A DNA stretch of 63,139 nt from Octopus sinensis (GCF_006345805.1 NW_021832001.1:1-63139), one strand, 5' to 3'. Numbered from the stretch's first letter, positions 13,371-25,412 are shown. The notes: generated from the sequence alone by a model not told the origin. Program-made: numbers and translations.

Positions 13371-14150
13371 CTCTTCTACTAAAGGCACGAGGCCTGTAAT
13401 TTTGGAGGGAGGGAGCTAGTCGATTACATCGACCCCAGTGCTCGACTGGTACTTATTTTATTGACTCCGAAAGGATGAAAGGTAAAGTCGACCTCGGCGG
13501 AATTTGAACTCAGAAACGTAGCGGCAGACGAAATACCTATTTCTTTATTACCCACAAGGGGCTAAACACAGAGGGGTCAAACAAGGACAGACATAGGTAT
13601 TAAGTCGATTACATCGACCCCAGTGCGTAACTGGTACTTAATTTATCGACCCCGAAAGGATGAAAGGCAAAGTCGACCTCGGCGGAATTTGAACTCAGAA
13701 CGCTAAGCATTTCGCCCGGCGTGCTAAAGATCCTTTTCTACTCTAGGTACAAGGCCCGAAATGTTTTGGGAGGGGGCCAGTCGATTAGATCGACTTCAGT
13801 ACACAACTGGTACTTAATTTATCGACCTCGAAAGGATGAAAAGCAAAGTCGACTTCTGCGGAATTTGAACTCATAGTGTAAAGAGCCGGAAGAAGCATTT
13901 TGTCCGACGCGCCAACGATTCTGCCAGCTCGCCGCCCCTACAATTCTGCTAACAATAATAATCCATTCTACTATAGGCAGAAGGCCTGAAATTTTAGGGA
14001 GGTTGTAAGTCGATTATATCGAGTCCGGTGCTATACTGGTATTTATTTCATCGACTCCGAAAGGATGAAAGGCAAAGTCGAGCCCGACGAAATTTAAACT
14101 CAGAGCGTAACGACAGATGAAATGCCGTTAAGTAGTTTGCCAGGCTTCTG
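13371..14150 (-). mobile_element. Cluster of about four SINE family C copies with long- and short-tail variants
   Basis: Repeated ctggtactta...gaaaggatgaaaggcaaagtcgac cores. Confidence 0.85.
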
Positions 14151-14170
14151 CTAATAATGTTAATAATAAT

Positions 14171-16245
14171 CCTTTCTTTTCTGGCCACAAAGGCCGAACA
14201 CAAAAATATTTAGGGACAATACATAACAAGGTACCAGTGGGGTTTAAAACGGAAAACGCGTAAACAATAAAAAACAAAGAGTTAACAAAAATTTAGCAAA
14301 ATTCCCCAATGGGGGTGGGGTGGAGTTTCACTCAAGGTCAACCAGGGCCAACCAGGGCACGCCAGGTAGGCACCCATCTTCCCCTCAACTGCTCCGGTTA
14401 CAGACGAACATTCAGAGCCATTTTCATAACATTCACCCACTTTTCAACAAAATTACTGGGGAGGCATTACTTCCTCTCTACCCTCACATTCCTTTTCAAG
14501 TGGAATTTGAAAAAGTAGATGAGGGGTCGGCCAATGAGGAAAATGTCTGTCGTCAGTCCTTTCAGCCTCGTCCACCACACTACCACCTTCGCTATAGCCA
14601 CCAGACAGAGGAAAACTGCCTTTCCCTCCCAGCCAAAAGAAGGCGGCGGGGAGATCCTCACAATGGACTCGGATGATAAACGGATTCGTCATACACGTGA
14701 CAGCAGCTGTTCAACAAAGCTCCACAAGTTAGTAATGCACGGACACTGGACAAATGCATTCAGGACGGTTCCATCACCCTGCACTCATCTTGGAAAGGTC
14801 CGTCTGACAGCACTACCGTGTCTGTAGAGCTTTTCCCGAACCAGCAAAGCTGCCAGTAGTACTGAGAGGCCAGAGATTTCTGGAAGTTATCCATAGGCCC
14901 TGGACCGAAAGTCCTCCGGAAAGGACCAGTTAGTTGATCTCTCCCGACACCCAGAATTTTCCCGAGTACGGCCTCGCTCTTTCCCTTCACTAATTCCCTA
15001 TAGAACTCCATAGTGGAACTTCCACCAACCTCGTTGCCCAACTAGCAGAAAGATATGAGCGCTTGCCGACACTCCAGGTGCTAAGTGCCTTTTATTGGTC
15101 TACGCTTGACCTAGGACTGTAGCTCCATCAATGAGACGAGCTGTGGAAAGCCTTGTTTGACGAACGATAACCACACCTGCCCACCTTTAAGGAAACGCTG
15201 GAGATGTCACAGCTTCAGCGCATGTTTGCGCATCATTAGCCACGGCATGCCCAGTCCTCCACTGTTGACGAGCAGAACACGTCCCTTCAATAGAAAGTGG
15301 AAGAGCAAGTGGAGAAAGGGACGACGGTCAGACTTCAGTAGATGACGGAAGCGATGTATGCATTCGCCACCTCCGCTCGATCCTTCAGGGACAGCTTCCT
15401 CTCTGCCCACTTCTGGGTGAGACTGGCTACTTTGCTTGTCACCTCCCCCCAGTTCTTGTTCACCTGGAGGTCTGGGCTAAACCAGATCCCGAGCAATTTA
15501 ACCGGTCCTTCCGCCCAGCTCCCTAAAAAGCTGTCGGGTAGCATAGACTTACCTCTCTAGGTGCCGAGCTGCAGGAGCACCGACTTTTGGTTTATCTTTG
15601 CTCCTATCACCACTTCGTACTCCCTTAGTGCAGTGTCGACCACCTCGATTTCCGTGATGTCCGGCACTATTACGGTGACGTCATCCGCATAAGCCGATTC
15701 AAAACTACCGCATTTTAGATCACGCAGGATGCCCCTCAAAACATCCATATTCCACAGCAATGGCTTAAGAGCCAGTACGTACAGAAGGGGCGAGAGTGGG
15801 CATCCTTGACGGACCGAACGAGCAATACTAAGCGATTCTGATAGGTGGCTGGTTACTTTGACCACCGAATGGATGTCGTTGTACATTGCTGTGATCTAGC
15901 CTCTGAAAACGGGACCGAAACCTGCTGCCGCGAGAACAGCCTCCAAGTATTGGTGGTCGTCCCTATCCAAATTGATCAGGGCCTCACCCATGCCAAGTTC
16001 TTTACACACCCTCTCAATTATGTAGCGCGTGAGATGGAGGTTGTTGTGGATAGTTCTATTTGGAATAGCGCGTTTTTGCGTATCACCAACCAACTTATCG
16101 ATGACAAGCGCCAACCTCTTGGCTAACCCTTTGACCGAAATCTTATAATCTTCGTTCATCAGAGTTATAGGCCTAAAATTATTAATTTTGTCCCCCTTGT
16201 TCGGGTGTTTCCCCAACAGCACCACCACTCTACGGCTCACAGCGC
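14171..16245 (-). mobile_element. 5'-truncated Tx1/L1-clade LINE, degenerate RT and C-terminus
   Basis: Minus-strand ORF pieces FRPITLMNEDYKI, SVRQGCPLSPLLY, AYADDVTV, LLGIWF, with stops and frameshifts. The 3' end abuts (ATT)n. Confidence 0.9.
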
Positions 16246-16329
16246 GTAGAAAAAATCTAAGGGGAGGTAATTGGTGATTGTTATTATTCAGGGCAGAGGA
16301 AGTAATAGTACAGTTTTTGGGTGGTTACA

Positions 16330-16763
16330 AATTTTGGGTGTGATAAATTTACATAAACTCATGAGTTAAATTAGTAAGATGTATAACTATGTATGTGGGG
16401 GGAAATTCTTTCTTATGGTGAGAGGTATAAAGGTCATATCTAAAGCTACGGATTTAAATCTGTCCAGAGTTACCACTCTCCAGTATTTGCCGTTGATAAC
16501 AGCTAAAGAGCCAGAAAGCCGCGTATGAGAATCAATTAGGGGGTGATAATGGCGGTCAGATATGGCGTCTTTATACCTCTTCAATAAGTGAAAATTTTTC
16601 TCTCCGTTTTTTGTTTCTCTCTCGCCATTTTTTCCTCTCATCCCTTTCTGTCGAATCGTAGGTTCGAAATATCAAAGTCGACTCTATTTTTCCTAAGCGT
16701 CAGATTAATACACCTGCTTGTTCCCTCACTGTCTTTGTCTTTTGTTTTCTGTACATCTGAACC
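16330..16763. mobile_element. Penelope-associated fragment: possible inverted ORF remnant plus degenerate hammerhead tail (+ strand, 16644-16677)
   Basis: cttt-CTGTCGA...GAAATATC-aaag followed by the ttcctaagcg box shared with the 21.5-kb and 22.9-kb elements. Minus-strand peptide YHP...INGKYWRVV..D loosely resembles the Penelope RT C-terminal region. Confidence 0.5.
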
Positions 16764-16794
<31 letters not shown>

Positions 16795-16804
16795 GATATA
16801 TATA

Positions 16805-16849
<45 letters not shown>

Positions 16850-16879
16850 AATATATATAATATATATATATATAGAAAT

Positions 16880-16936
<57 letters not shown>

Positions 16937-16937
<1 letters not shown>

Positions 16938-19900
16938 GGTTCTACCTGAAAGGTGCCTGCCGGCATGGAGAGGAAGGTGCAGGCTGCCGCTTTGCACATC
17001 CGGGACCCTGCCACAGAAACCAACCACCGAAAGGAATGGGATGGACCACGCATCACCGGCCCCAAAACGGAGGTACGCAGATGTGGTGCGTACCACAAAC
17101 CACCAACATGTTGTTGAAAGGGCAGCTGCTGAGCAGGAATCTTTTTGTGCATGGCACAAAAGATTGTACAGCAGCTAACCTGCTCCATCAGGCTCAGGTC
17201 GCAGATGGAACTGCCCACGTTTCACAAGACCGCCACAGCAGATGGACCCAGGGTGGACACCACCGGCAACAGCATACACCTCACCTCGATGCTCCTACTG
17301 AACATCAGAGGACTACTAACACACAGTAACAGGACAAAAGTCCCGTTCCTGAGAGACTTTGTCGCATGCAATCAAGCCTTATGCATAGCACTCACAGAAA
17401 CGCATCTGAAACCGACATAGCAGATGCGGAATTACACCTACCACAGTATGTTGTACTACGGACCGACAGGAAAAAAGAAGTCATGGAGGAGTTGCTATGT
17501 ACATCCGTGGGGACCTCACACCCCAGGTCCTTTTGTCATACTCAAACTCGGTGTGTGACACACTAATTGTCACATAAGGCAACTTGATGTAGTTGTGTGT
17601 GGCTACATATCGCCCTCCAGATGCCCCAAGTCATATGGGCAAGTTTGAGGACTGCCTTTTAAAAATAAAGTTCTAACCACATTAGAACAACACATAAGTG
17701 TACTTCTCATGGGAGACTTCAAGCTACCGAATGTCAGATGGCCCGAGGGCCTTTCTCTCCCAGGAATGACAAGATGTGAACGAGGACAGGCGAGGTCCCT
17801 CCTGAACCTCACCAACACCCTGTACATGGAGCAAGTAATACTCCAACCAACCAGAGCGGGTACACACTGGATCTCTGCTTCACAAATAATATGGATCTCA
17901 TCCATAAGTGAAAGTGACAAGACACACCGACACTACTCTCGGATCACAACATGGTAGAGCTGACCATGTACGGCCAAAAGAGAGCACGGACATGCAGCCT
18001 ACAAGAACCCTCAGAATCTTTCCAGCTTGAACTTCAATAAGGCAAACTGGAAACAAATGAGAAAGAGATCCTCAAACAAAACTGGCCTGAATGTCTCTCC
18101 TCGCCGGACATCGACATTACTTACTTCAACAATTCATGTCTGTAATGCAAGCCATATGCTACAAATGTGTCCCAGAGAGAAAGGCCACTGTACACACAAG
18201 AACAATCCCCAGAGAGAGAAAAATTTTAATGAGACGGGGCGCACAAAAATCTCAAATCGCCTAAACAACAAATTGAAAGCAGTGAAAAGTCCCGCCTGAA
18301 AATAAAACTGTTGGAAATTGAAAATTGTCTGCAACTCTCCCATGAAAGGAAAGAGCAGACAAAGAAGCCTGGGCTATAGACAAATATAAAACTAACCCCA
18401 GAGCTTTCTACAGGTATGCCAAAGAAACAGCTACGGTGCACTGTAGGATAGGGCCACTCCTTGAAAAGGATGGCACACTCACAGGAAAACCAATGAGGGT
18501 AAGTGAAATACTGAATGAACAATTCAAGAGTGTTTTCACTCCACCCCTTGGGCATTTCCAAATCAGCAATCCAACTGACATTTTACCACTGCAGATATAG
18601 AATCAGAGGCGGCGACGTTAAATTACATCGATATAAAGGAAGACGATGTAATAAAGGCTATAGATGAAATGAAAATAGACTCAGCTATTGGCCCCGATGG
18701 ATTCCCGGCAATCCTCCTAAAAGTATGTAAGAGAGTCTTAGCAAGACCACTGCAGTTCCTCTTTCAGAGCTTCCTTGCAGCTGGCAAACTTCCAAGAAAA
18801 CTGAAGGAAGGTAAAATATGCCCTATTCATAAAGGAGGTAGCAGAGCGAGGCCAAGAACTACAGACCTATCTCTCTGACCTCACACATCAGCAGGTCATG
18901 GAACGAATAGTCAGAAGGAAACTAATCACCTTCCTTGAAGAAAATGACTTGCTGCCTGAACGCCCAACATGGTTTCCGACCAGGAAGAAGCTGCTTAACT
19001 CAGCTCCTGCAGCACACTATGACTGGGTGCTGAAACAACTGCTCAACCACTCAAATGTGGAAGTCATATATCTCGACTTCGCAAGGCCTTCGATAAAGTC
19101 GATCATGGAATGACGTGATTTTGTCACAACTGCGTGAGCTTGGCATAGTTGAAAACTAGGAGAATGGCTTCACGACTTTCTGAAGAATAGAAGTCAGGTG
19201 GTAGTAGCCAATGGGCCACTTCCATTAACACGCAAATAGTGAGCGGTGTTTCCACAGGGCACTGTTTTGGGACCACTACTGTTCATAATGGCCCTCTCAG
19301 ACATGCCCTCAGCCACGCGGAGAGCCACGATCACAAGTTATGCCGATGATACAAAGTTTCACAGGCAATACAGAACCCTGAAGACACTAGCACCTGCAAT
19401 GAAGCTGGACGAAATATACAAGTGGGGCTGAAAAGAATAGCATGCAGTTCAATGCTGAAAAGTTCAAGCTTTATACTATCAGCATGCAAAACTGAATGCA
19501 ATAACCCAAGGAATACACTGGACCGGAGGGATTGCAATCCCAGAGGCACAATCAGTGCGTGACCTGGGTATTCACATGAGTGATGACGCGACCTTCATGT
19601 ACTGTTGCTAAACTGACAATGAAATGCAGACGGCTGGCTGGATGGATTCTTAGAACCTTTAGAACAAGAGAACAAGAAACCATGATGGTCCTCTGGAGAC
19701 ACTTGTCCTAGTCACTTTGACTATTGCTCTCAGCTATGGTCACCATCCAGTGTCAAGTTGATCACAGAACTTGAGGCGATCCAACGAAGCTACACGAAAG
19801 AAATAGCCTCTATGCAGAATGTAAGCTACTGGGAAAGACTCAAGAGATTAAAATTATATTCCCTGGAGCGTAGGCGGGAAAAGATATGCCATAATATACA

Positions 19901-20338
19901 TCTGGAAGATCCTGGAGGGAAGTGTCCTGAACTTTGCATCGAGAGTTACGCAAACGCCAGAACTGGGCGCCACTGCGTGGTGCCTAGGACTCCAAACTTG
20001 CCATCAAGATGTAGGGACAAGATTCTGTGATAGCCTGGGCTTCCGAGGCCCACAGCTCTTCAATATCCTCCCGATGAACCTGAGAGACCTGCATGGGGTG
20101 GATACAGATGTCTTTAAAATGGAGCTGGATCTCTCTCCTGTCAGGTGTCCAGATGAACCAACTTCACGCAGGAGGGGCAGATGAGGGCAGCTGCATCGAA
20201 CTCTCTCTGCACCAAATAAATAGCAGTTGCTAGAAAGCCTCCATGAAGTGAAACCAAGTAGCAACACCAAATGGCGGTGCCCCAGCATGGCCACAGCTCA
20301 TAAGCTGAAACTGGAATCAATCAATCAATCAATCAATC
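16937..20338 (+). mobile_element. CR1/L2-group LINE: ORF1 remnant, APE endonuclease and RT, frameshifted; (AATC)n tail
   Basis: LLLNIRGL..ALTETHL, MGDFKLP, GPDGFP, YLDFA, PQGTVLGPLLF, SYADDTK, SYWERLKRLKLYSLERRR; flanked by (TA)n on both sides. Confidence 0.92.
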
Positions 20339-20532
20339 ATATATATATATATATATATATATTGTTCAAACGGTAACTGCTGTGAATTTACCTTTAGAAA
20401 TTAAAATATGTCACAAACATATTTCAACTAACCCAAAGTTAGTTTATGCCTAAACACTGTTTGGCACTGATATTGCTGATATAAATACATATAGATATAC
20501 ACACACACATACATGTATGTATGTATATATAT

Positions 20533-20715
20533 AAAGTTAATCCAAACATGAAAACACAAAGAGAAAACACAGCAACGCGAAGATGTGGAACAAGTATAGT
20601 ATTATTGGACGCTCAGGAAAGAAGGAAAGAATGAGGGTTTAACGTTTCGAGCGCTGCTCTTCGTCGGAAACATAGGAAAGGGAAGGATCCAAAGAAAGGA
20701 AGACGGAGGAGAATT
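20533..20715 (-). mobile_element. Hammerhead-bearing TA-associated element, subfamily H1 (core mutated to CCGACGA)
   Basis: Reverse-complement copy of 21442-21648; motif at 20637-20671. Confidence 0.8.
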
Positions 20716-21294
20716 ACCAATTGGTTGATAACTGATGAAGAATTAGGGACCTTCTGTGTTTGTCTCCCGTCCGGTTTTACGCTTAGTATACGTTATGTCG
20801 TTTGTTTGTTTACCATACATATTTTCATATATATATATATCATTGCAATATAGAGTTTCCAGACTGGGTACAAGACCACAAAACGTTTTGCATTGACATT
20901 GAACACACGATTATATCAATCCCAGTACTTGACTAGTACTTCAGTACTTTATTTTATTTATTCTGTAAGGAAGAGCAAAGTTGATTTCAGTGAAATTTTA
21001 ATCACAGAACGAAAAGGGCCGTAACCAAAGATCATAGATTTTGTCTAACGCTAAAACACAAAACAATACAATGAATCACACGTCACATGAATATTGTAAA
21101 GGTTGGACAATCCCCACTTTTTTTTTTACATAACACGGGGCAAAGATTCTGTTGCATATTTAATATTTTATTGATTTATATAAGAAGGATATTGATAATT
21201 GAAGTTTTCAAGAGATCAATCATTGATTTAGTGAATGTATGACGAAAACAGTGATAAGGGAGTGTTTGTAACTCTCTCTCTCTCTCTCTCTATA

Positions 21295-21336
<42 letters not shown>

Positions 21337-21386
21337 GCATATATATATATATAGACGCATGTATATATATAATATAGACGCATATA

Positions 21387-21430
<44 letters not shown>

Positions 21431-21441
21431 GTATATATATA

Positions 21442-21648
21442 ATGTGACAGCGTGTGTACCGTTGGCGATTTTTTCTCCTCTCTTCCCTTCTTTGGATCTT
21501 CCTTTTCCTATGTTTCTGACGAAGAGCTCCGCTCGAAACGTTAAACCCATTCTTTCCTTCCTTCCTGAGCATCCAATAATACTATATTTGTTCCACGTCC
21601 TCGCGTTGTTGTGTTTTCTCTTTGTGTTTTCATGTTGGATTAACATTA
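21442..21648 (+). mobile_element. Hammerhead-bearing TA-flanked element, subfamily H1
   Basis: ~205 bp between (TA)n tracts; second copy at 20533-20715. Confidence 0.8.
21512..21546 (+). ncRNA. Minimal type I hammerhead ribozyme motif (Penelope type)
   Basis: GUUU-CUGACGA-A-GAGC(ucc)GCUC-GAAACGU-U-AAAC: intact catalytic core, stems I and II, palindromic ACGU in place of helix III. Confidence 0.8.
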
Positions 21649-21668
21649 TATACATATATATATATTTG

Positions 21669-21725
<57 letters not shown>

Positions 21726-21997
21726 GTATTTATATATATATGTATATACATACACACATATATACACCATCATACGACCACCCTACGTCTTTAATTTATT
21801 CCAGAGGACATGGCTTATGTCGAAATAACCATTATTTAAATGTATATACATGTAATGATTAAAACCTTGGCTACCCTGGGTTGTTTTTATGTTAGCCTAC
21901 GAATTCGGTAAGTTGTTAAGCAAGCCTAGTTTTATTTTATATTAGAAAGAAATAATTTCAAATACTGTTCTGTTGCCTACCTGGTGGCTGACGTCGG

Positions 21998-22183
21998 TGC
22001 TGGCAGAAACGTTAGCACGCCGGGCGAAATGCGTAGCCGTATTTCGTCTGTCGTTACGCTGTGTTCAAATTCCGCCGAGGTCGACTTTGCTTTTCATCCT
22101 TTCGGGATGGAATCGACTTAAAACCTATGTCTGTCCTTGTTTGTCCCATCTATGTTTAGCCCCTTGTGGGTAATAAAGAAATA
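21998..22183 (+). mobile_element. SINE family C copy with internal deletion
   Basis: Head gctggcagaaacgttagcacg, B box ttcaaattcc, tail ttgtgggtaataaagaaatag. Confidence 0.85.
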
Positions 22184-22199
22184 GTTACTAGTTGAGGCT

Positions 22200-22460
22200 G
22201 GTGTAGGAGGAGGAGGAGATTACATACTAGATGTCGATGGTTGGGGATCATCAGCTGACTCCTGTTGTGTTGGTATAGATCGTTGTGCGAACTTGTCTAA
22301 AGTTCCTTGAATTATCTTTTTCTTCTTCTCTTCAAGGATTAGGTAATAAGATGCATGCAATAGTATCTTGACAACCCACCATTATTTTTACAAAAGGTTG
22401 TGCATTGGGATCCATTTCCTCAAGTAAAGTAAAACATCTATCTAAACGGGAAAAAAGCCT
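22200..22460 (-). pseudogene. pogo/Tigger transposase C-terminal fragment
   Basis: Manual minus-strand translation with one frameshift: DPNAQPFVKI...IAC.YYLILEEKKKKIIQGTLDKF...DDPQPSTS, resembling the Tigger C-terminal pattern. Confidence 0.55.
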
Positions 22461-22879
22461 CTTGCATTTTCTTCAACGTAAAACGACGAGGTACGGGATC
22501 AATGATGCATACTTTATTTTAACATTAATTTTAATATACTATACAGATTATGACTCTATTGCTTTTGAATGCATTTCCCGGAGGCGAATACGAACGTAAC
22601 CATTCGATACAACCCGGAACAAACAGTACAGTATAATATGAATGTTACTGTTGTTGTGCTAGCCGGCGTAAATTAATACAGTATTTAATAGTAATTAATA
22701 GTATTTAATAGTTATTCAATATTTTAGAAAGACCGACGTATCTTCGGAAATCACGTAAGTCGAAACGACTTAACCAGTGGTATATGTGTGTGTGTGTGTA
22801 TACTTGGAAGAGGATGCGTGGCGTTCAATCATATTATAATATAAATAATATATGTGTGTGTGTGTGTGTGTGCGTGTGT

Positions 22880-23081
22880 GTAACGCCATGTTAGATCGTT
22901 AGCTCCTACACGCATTTTTTTCTCTCCTTGTTTCTTTTCTGTGTATCTTTCTGTCGAAGAGCGTAGGCTCGAAACGTAAAAGACTTGTTTTATTTCTATT
23001 CCTGAGCGCCATACTAATACATTTGTTTGTTTGTACTCCACCTGCCTTCGTCTTTTGTTTATTTTCGTAAACCTTCCCGTT
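22880..23081 (+). mobile_element. Hammerhead-bearing element, subfamily H2 (motif 22946-22983)
   Basis: UCUUU-CUGUCGA-A-GAGC(guag)GCUC-GAAACGU-A-AAAGA; lies between (TG)n and (TA)n; second copy at 34727-34930. Confidence 0.75.
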
Positions 23082-23622
23082 ATATATATATATATATATA
23101 TATACACTACACGTGGGTATAAAAGAAAGATGTGAATTCTACTTCGCAGTATATTTCTGCGAGTATGGATGGATATTGGTTGAACGAAGTCGCAGCTTGT
23201 TCACATATTCATGGACATTCGTGAATTTATGCTATGGAATACCGGCGCTGATGAAGGCAATAGGTAATATCTTTTTTACTTTAAGCTGGAAACAGGATCT
23301 TGTACGCAGTTAACCAAAATCTTTAATTCATTTTCTTCCTTTTGCTAGCCTATTATGTGGTGTGTTATTCTCGAAGAATTTGTGATGGTAATAGTGTGTT
23401 TTGACGTCTATTTTTTCAGTGCGTGGTGAGGCGCAAGCCAACCCCTTGTAATAATTATGTATGTAATTATAAAATATTTGTGTATATATATATTCAAATA
23501 TAAATGATAAGCACCCGAGGAATGTAAATAATATTGAACACATCCATAAGATGTGTGTTTTCCCAAACCTGCCCACGAACTTGCAAAACAATTACCTAGT
23601 GAATGTATGTTCGATATTGTTT

Positions 23623-23680
<58 letters not shown>

Positions 23681-23693
23681 ATATATATATATA

Positions 23694-24955
23694 TCAGGCT
23701 GAGTAAAAAGTAAGCAACGTTTTGAACCAAGAAGAATTCGTACCGGAGTTCTGAATTATTTTTTTAAACATGTTTTTTGCAATTGTCTGATAATACAGAC
23801 ATAGACTTGCTTAAATGCATCGATAAATTAACATTGACATTTTTTTCACCCTTGTTACAATCATCTGAAATGGAACTGTCAAAGCACAATATTCGAGCAA
23901 TTTTGCTAATCAACTTCAAAAAAAGGACGTAAAGCAGCTGAAACTGCTCGCGATATCAACGAAACGTTTGATGAGGAAATGTCCAGTGAGTGGTCAGCTC
24001 GAAAATGGTTCAAACGATTTCTTAGTGGAGACCTGAGCCTTGAAGATCGTGATCGTAGTGGACGTCGACCTGTCATCGATGACGGTCAATTAAAGACCGT
24101 CATTGAGAAAGATCCACGTAAAACCACTCGAGAACTAGCAAAAGAATTTCAAGTTAGTCAGGAAACTGCCTGCAACCATTTGCTTGCAATCGGAAAATCA
24201 AAAGAGCTGGACAAATGGGTACCACACGTTTTGAGTGAAAATCAGAAAATGCGCAGATATGAAATTTGCTCGTCGCGTCTTATCCGTAACCAGACCGATC
24301 CATTTCTCGACAGTATTGTAACATGCAATGAAAAGTGGATTCTGTACAATAATAAAAAAAAAAAGTCTTCGAAGTGGTTGGACCAAAATGAAACACCGGA
24401 AACCTTCTCTAAACCCGAGCTCTTCAAAAAGAAGGATATAGTGACTGTTTGGTGTTGTACTGCTGGACTCATCCACTATAACTTCTTAAAACCCGGAATA
24501 ACCATTACAGCAAAAACATATTGTTGTGAAATTGCCAATATGAACGAAAAACTGCTACTCCTCCGTTCCGGACCGGTCAACAGAAGAGGGCCAAACATTT
24601 TCCATGACAATGCTCGATCACACGTTTCACTAATGACGTTCCAGAAGTTAAGGGAACTTGGCTACGAAGTCCTTCCCCACCCAGCTTATTCCCCAGACTA
24701 TCACTTTTTCTAGCAACTTGATGGTTTCCTGCTAGAGGAGGAGTTCTAAAATCAAACCTATGCTGAAAGTCCGTTCAAAGAGTTCATCAGCTCCAGAACT
24801 CCAAATTTTTATGTTACCAGAATAAACAAACTTGTAACACGTTGGAAAAAATGCGTTGATTGTAACGGTACTTACTTTGATGAATGAAATTTCCGCATTG
24901 CTGAAAAACTTGTGAATGATTTCATGTTTCAAACGTTGCTTACTGTATACTCGAC

Positions 24956-24959
<4 letters not shown>
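23694..24959 (+). mobile_element. Full-length mariner DNA transposon with transposase pseudogene (ATG 23870 to ~24885)
   Basis: Imperfect ~33-bp TIRs tcagg(ct/tc)gagta..agtaagcaacgttt. Motifs WVPHVL, TCNEKW (first catalytic D changed to N), HDNARSH, HPAYSPD with a deletion. Frameshift near 23920, stop at 24713. (TA)n on both sides. Confidence 0.95.
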
Positions 24960-25006
<47 letters not shown>

Positions 25007-25035
25007 ATACATATTTGTATGTGTGTGTATATGTA

Positions 25036-25091
<56 letters not shown>

Positions 25092-25126
25092 ATATCGTAG
25101 TATATATATATATATGTATGAATATA

Positions 25127-25342
25127 TATTCTTTTATTCTTTTACCCGTTGTTTCAGTCATTTGACAGCGGCCATGCTGGAGCACCGACTCTAGTCGAAC
25201 AAATCGACCCCAGGACTTAGTCTTTGTAAGCCCAGTACTTATCCTATCTGTTTCTTTTACCGAACCGCGAAGTTACTGAGACGTTAACACACCAACATAG
25301 GTTGTCAAGTGATGGTGGGGAGACAAACACAGACACACAAAT

Positions 25343-25412
<70 letters not shown>

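Noticed and set aside
20730-20745. CTGATGAAG next to the H1 copy
   Set aside because: No stem II or GAAA follows; at most half a motif.
23245-23305. CTGATGAAGGC...GGAAAC as a hammerhead
   Set aside because: Stems I and III cannot be formed convincingly; single copy.
23979-24713. 244-aa ORF as a functional or domesticated transposase
   Set aside because: It has a catalytic D-to-N change, a deletion after YSPD, an N-terminal frameshift and a premature stop.
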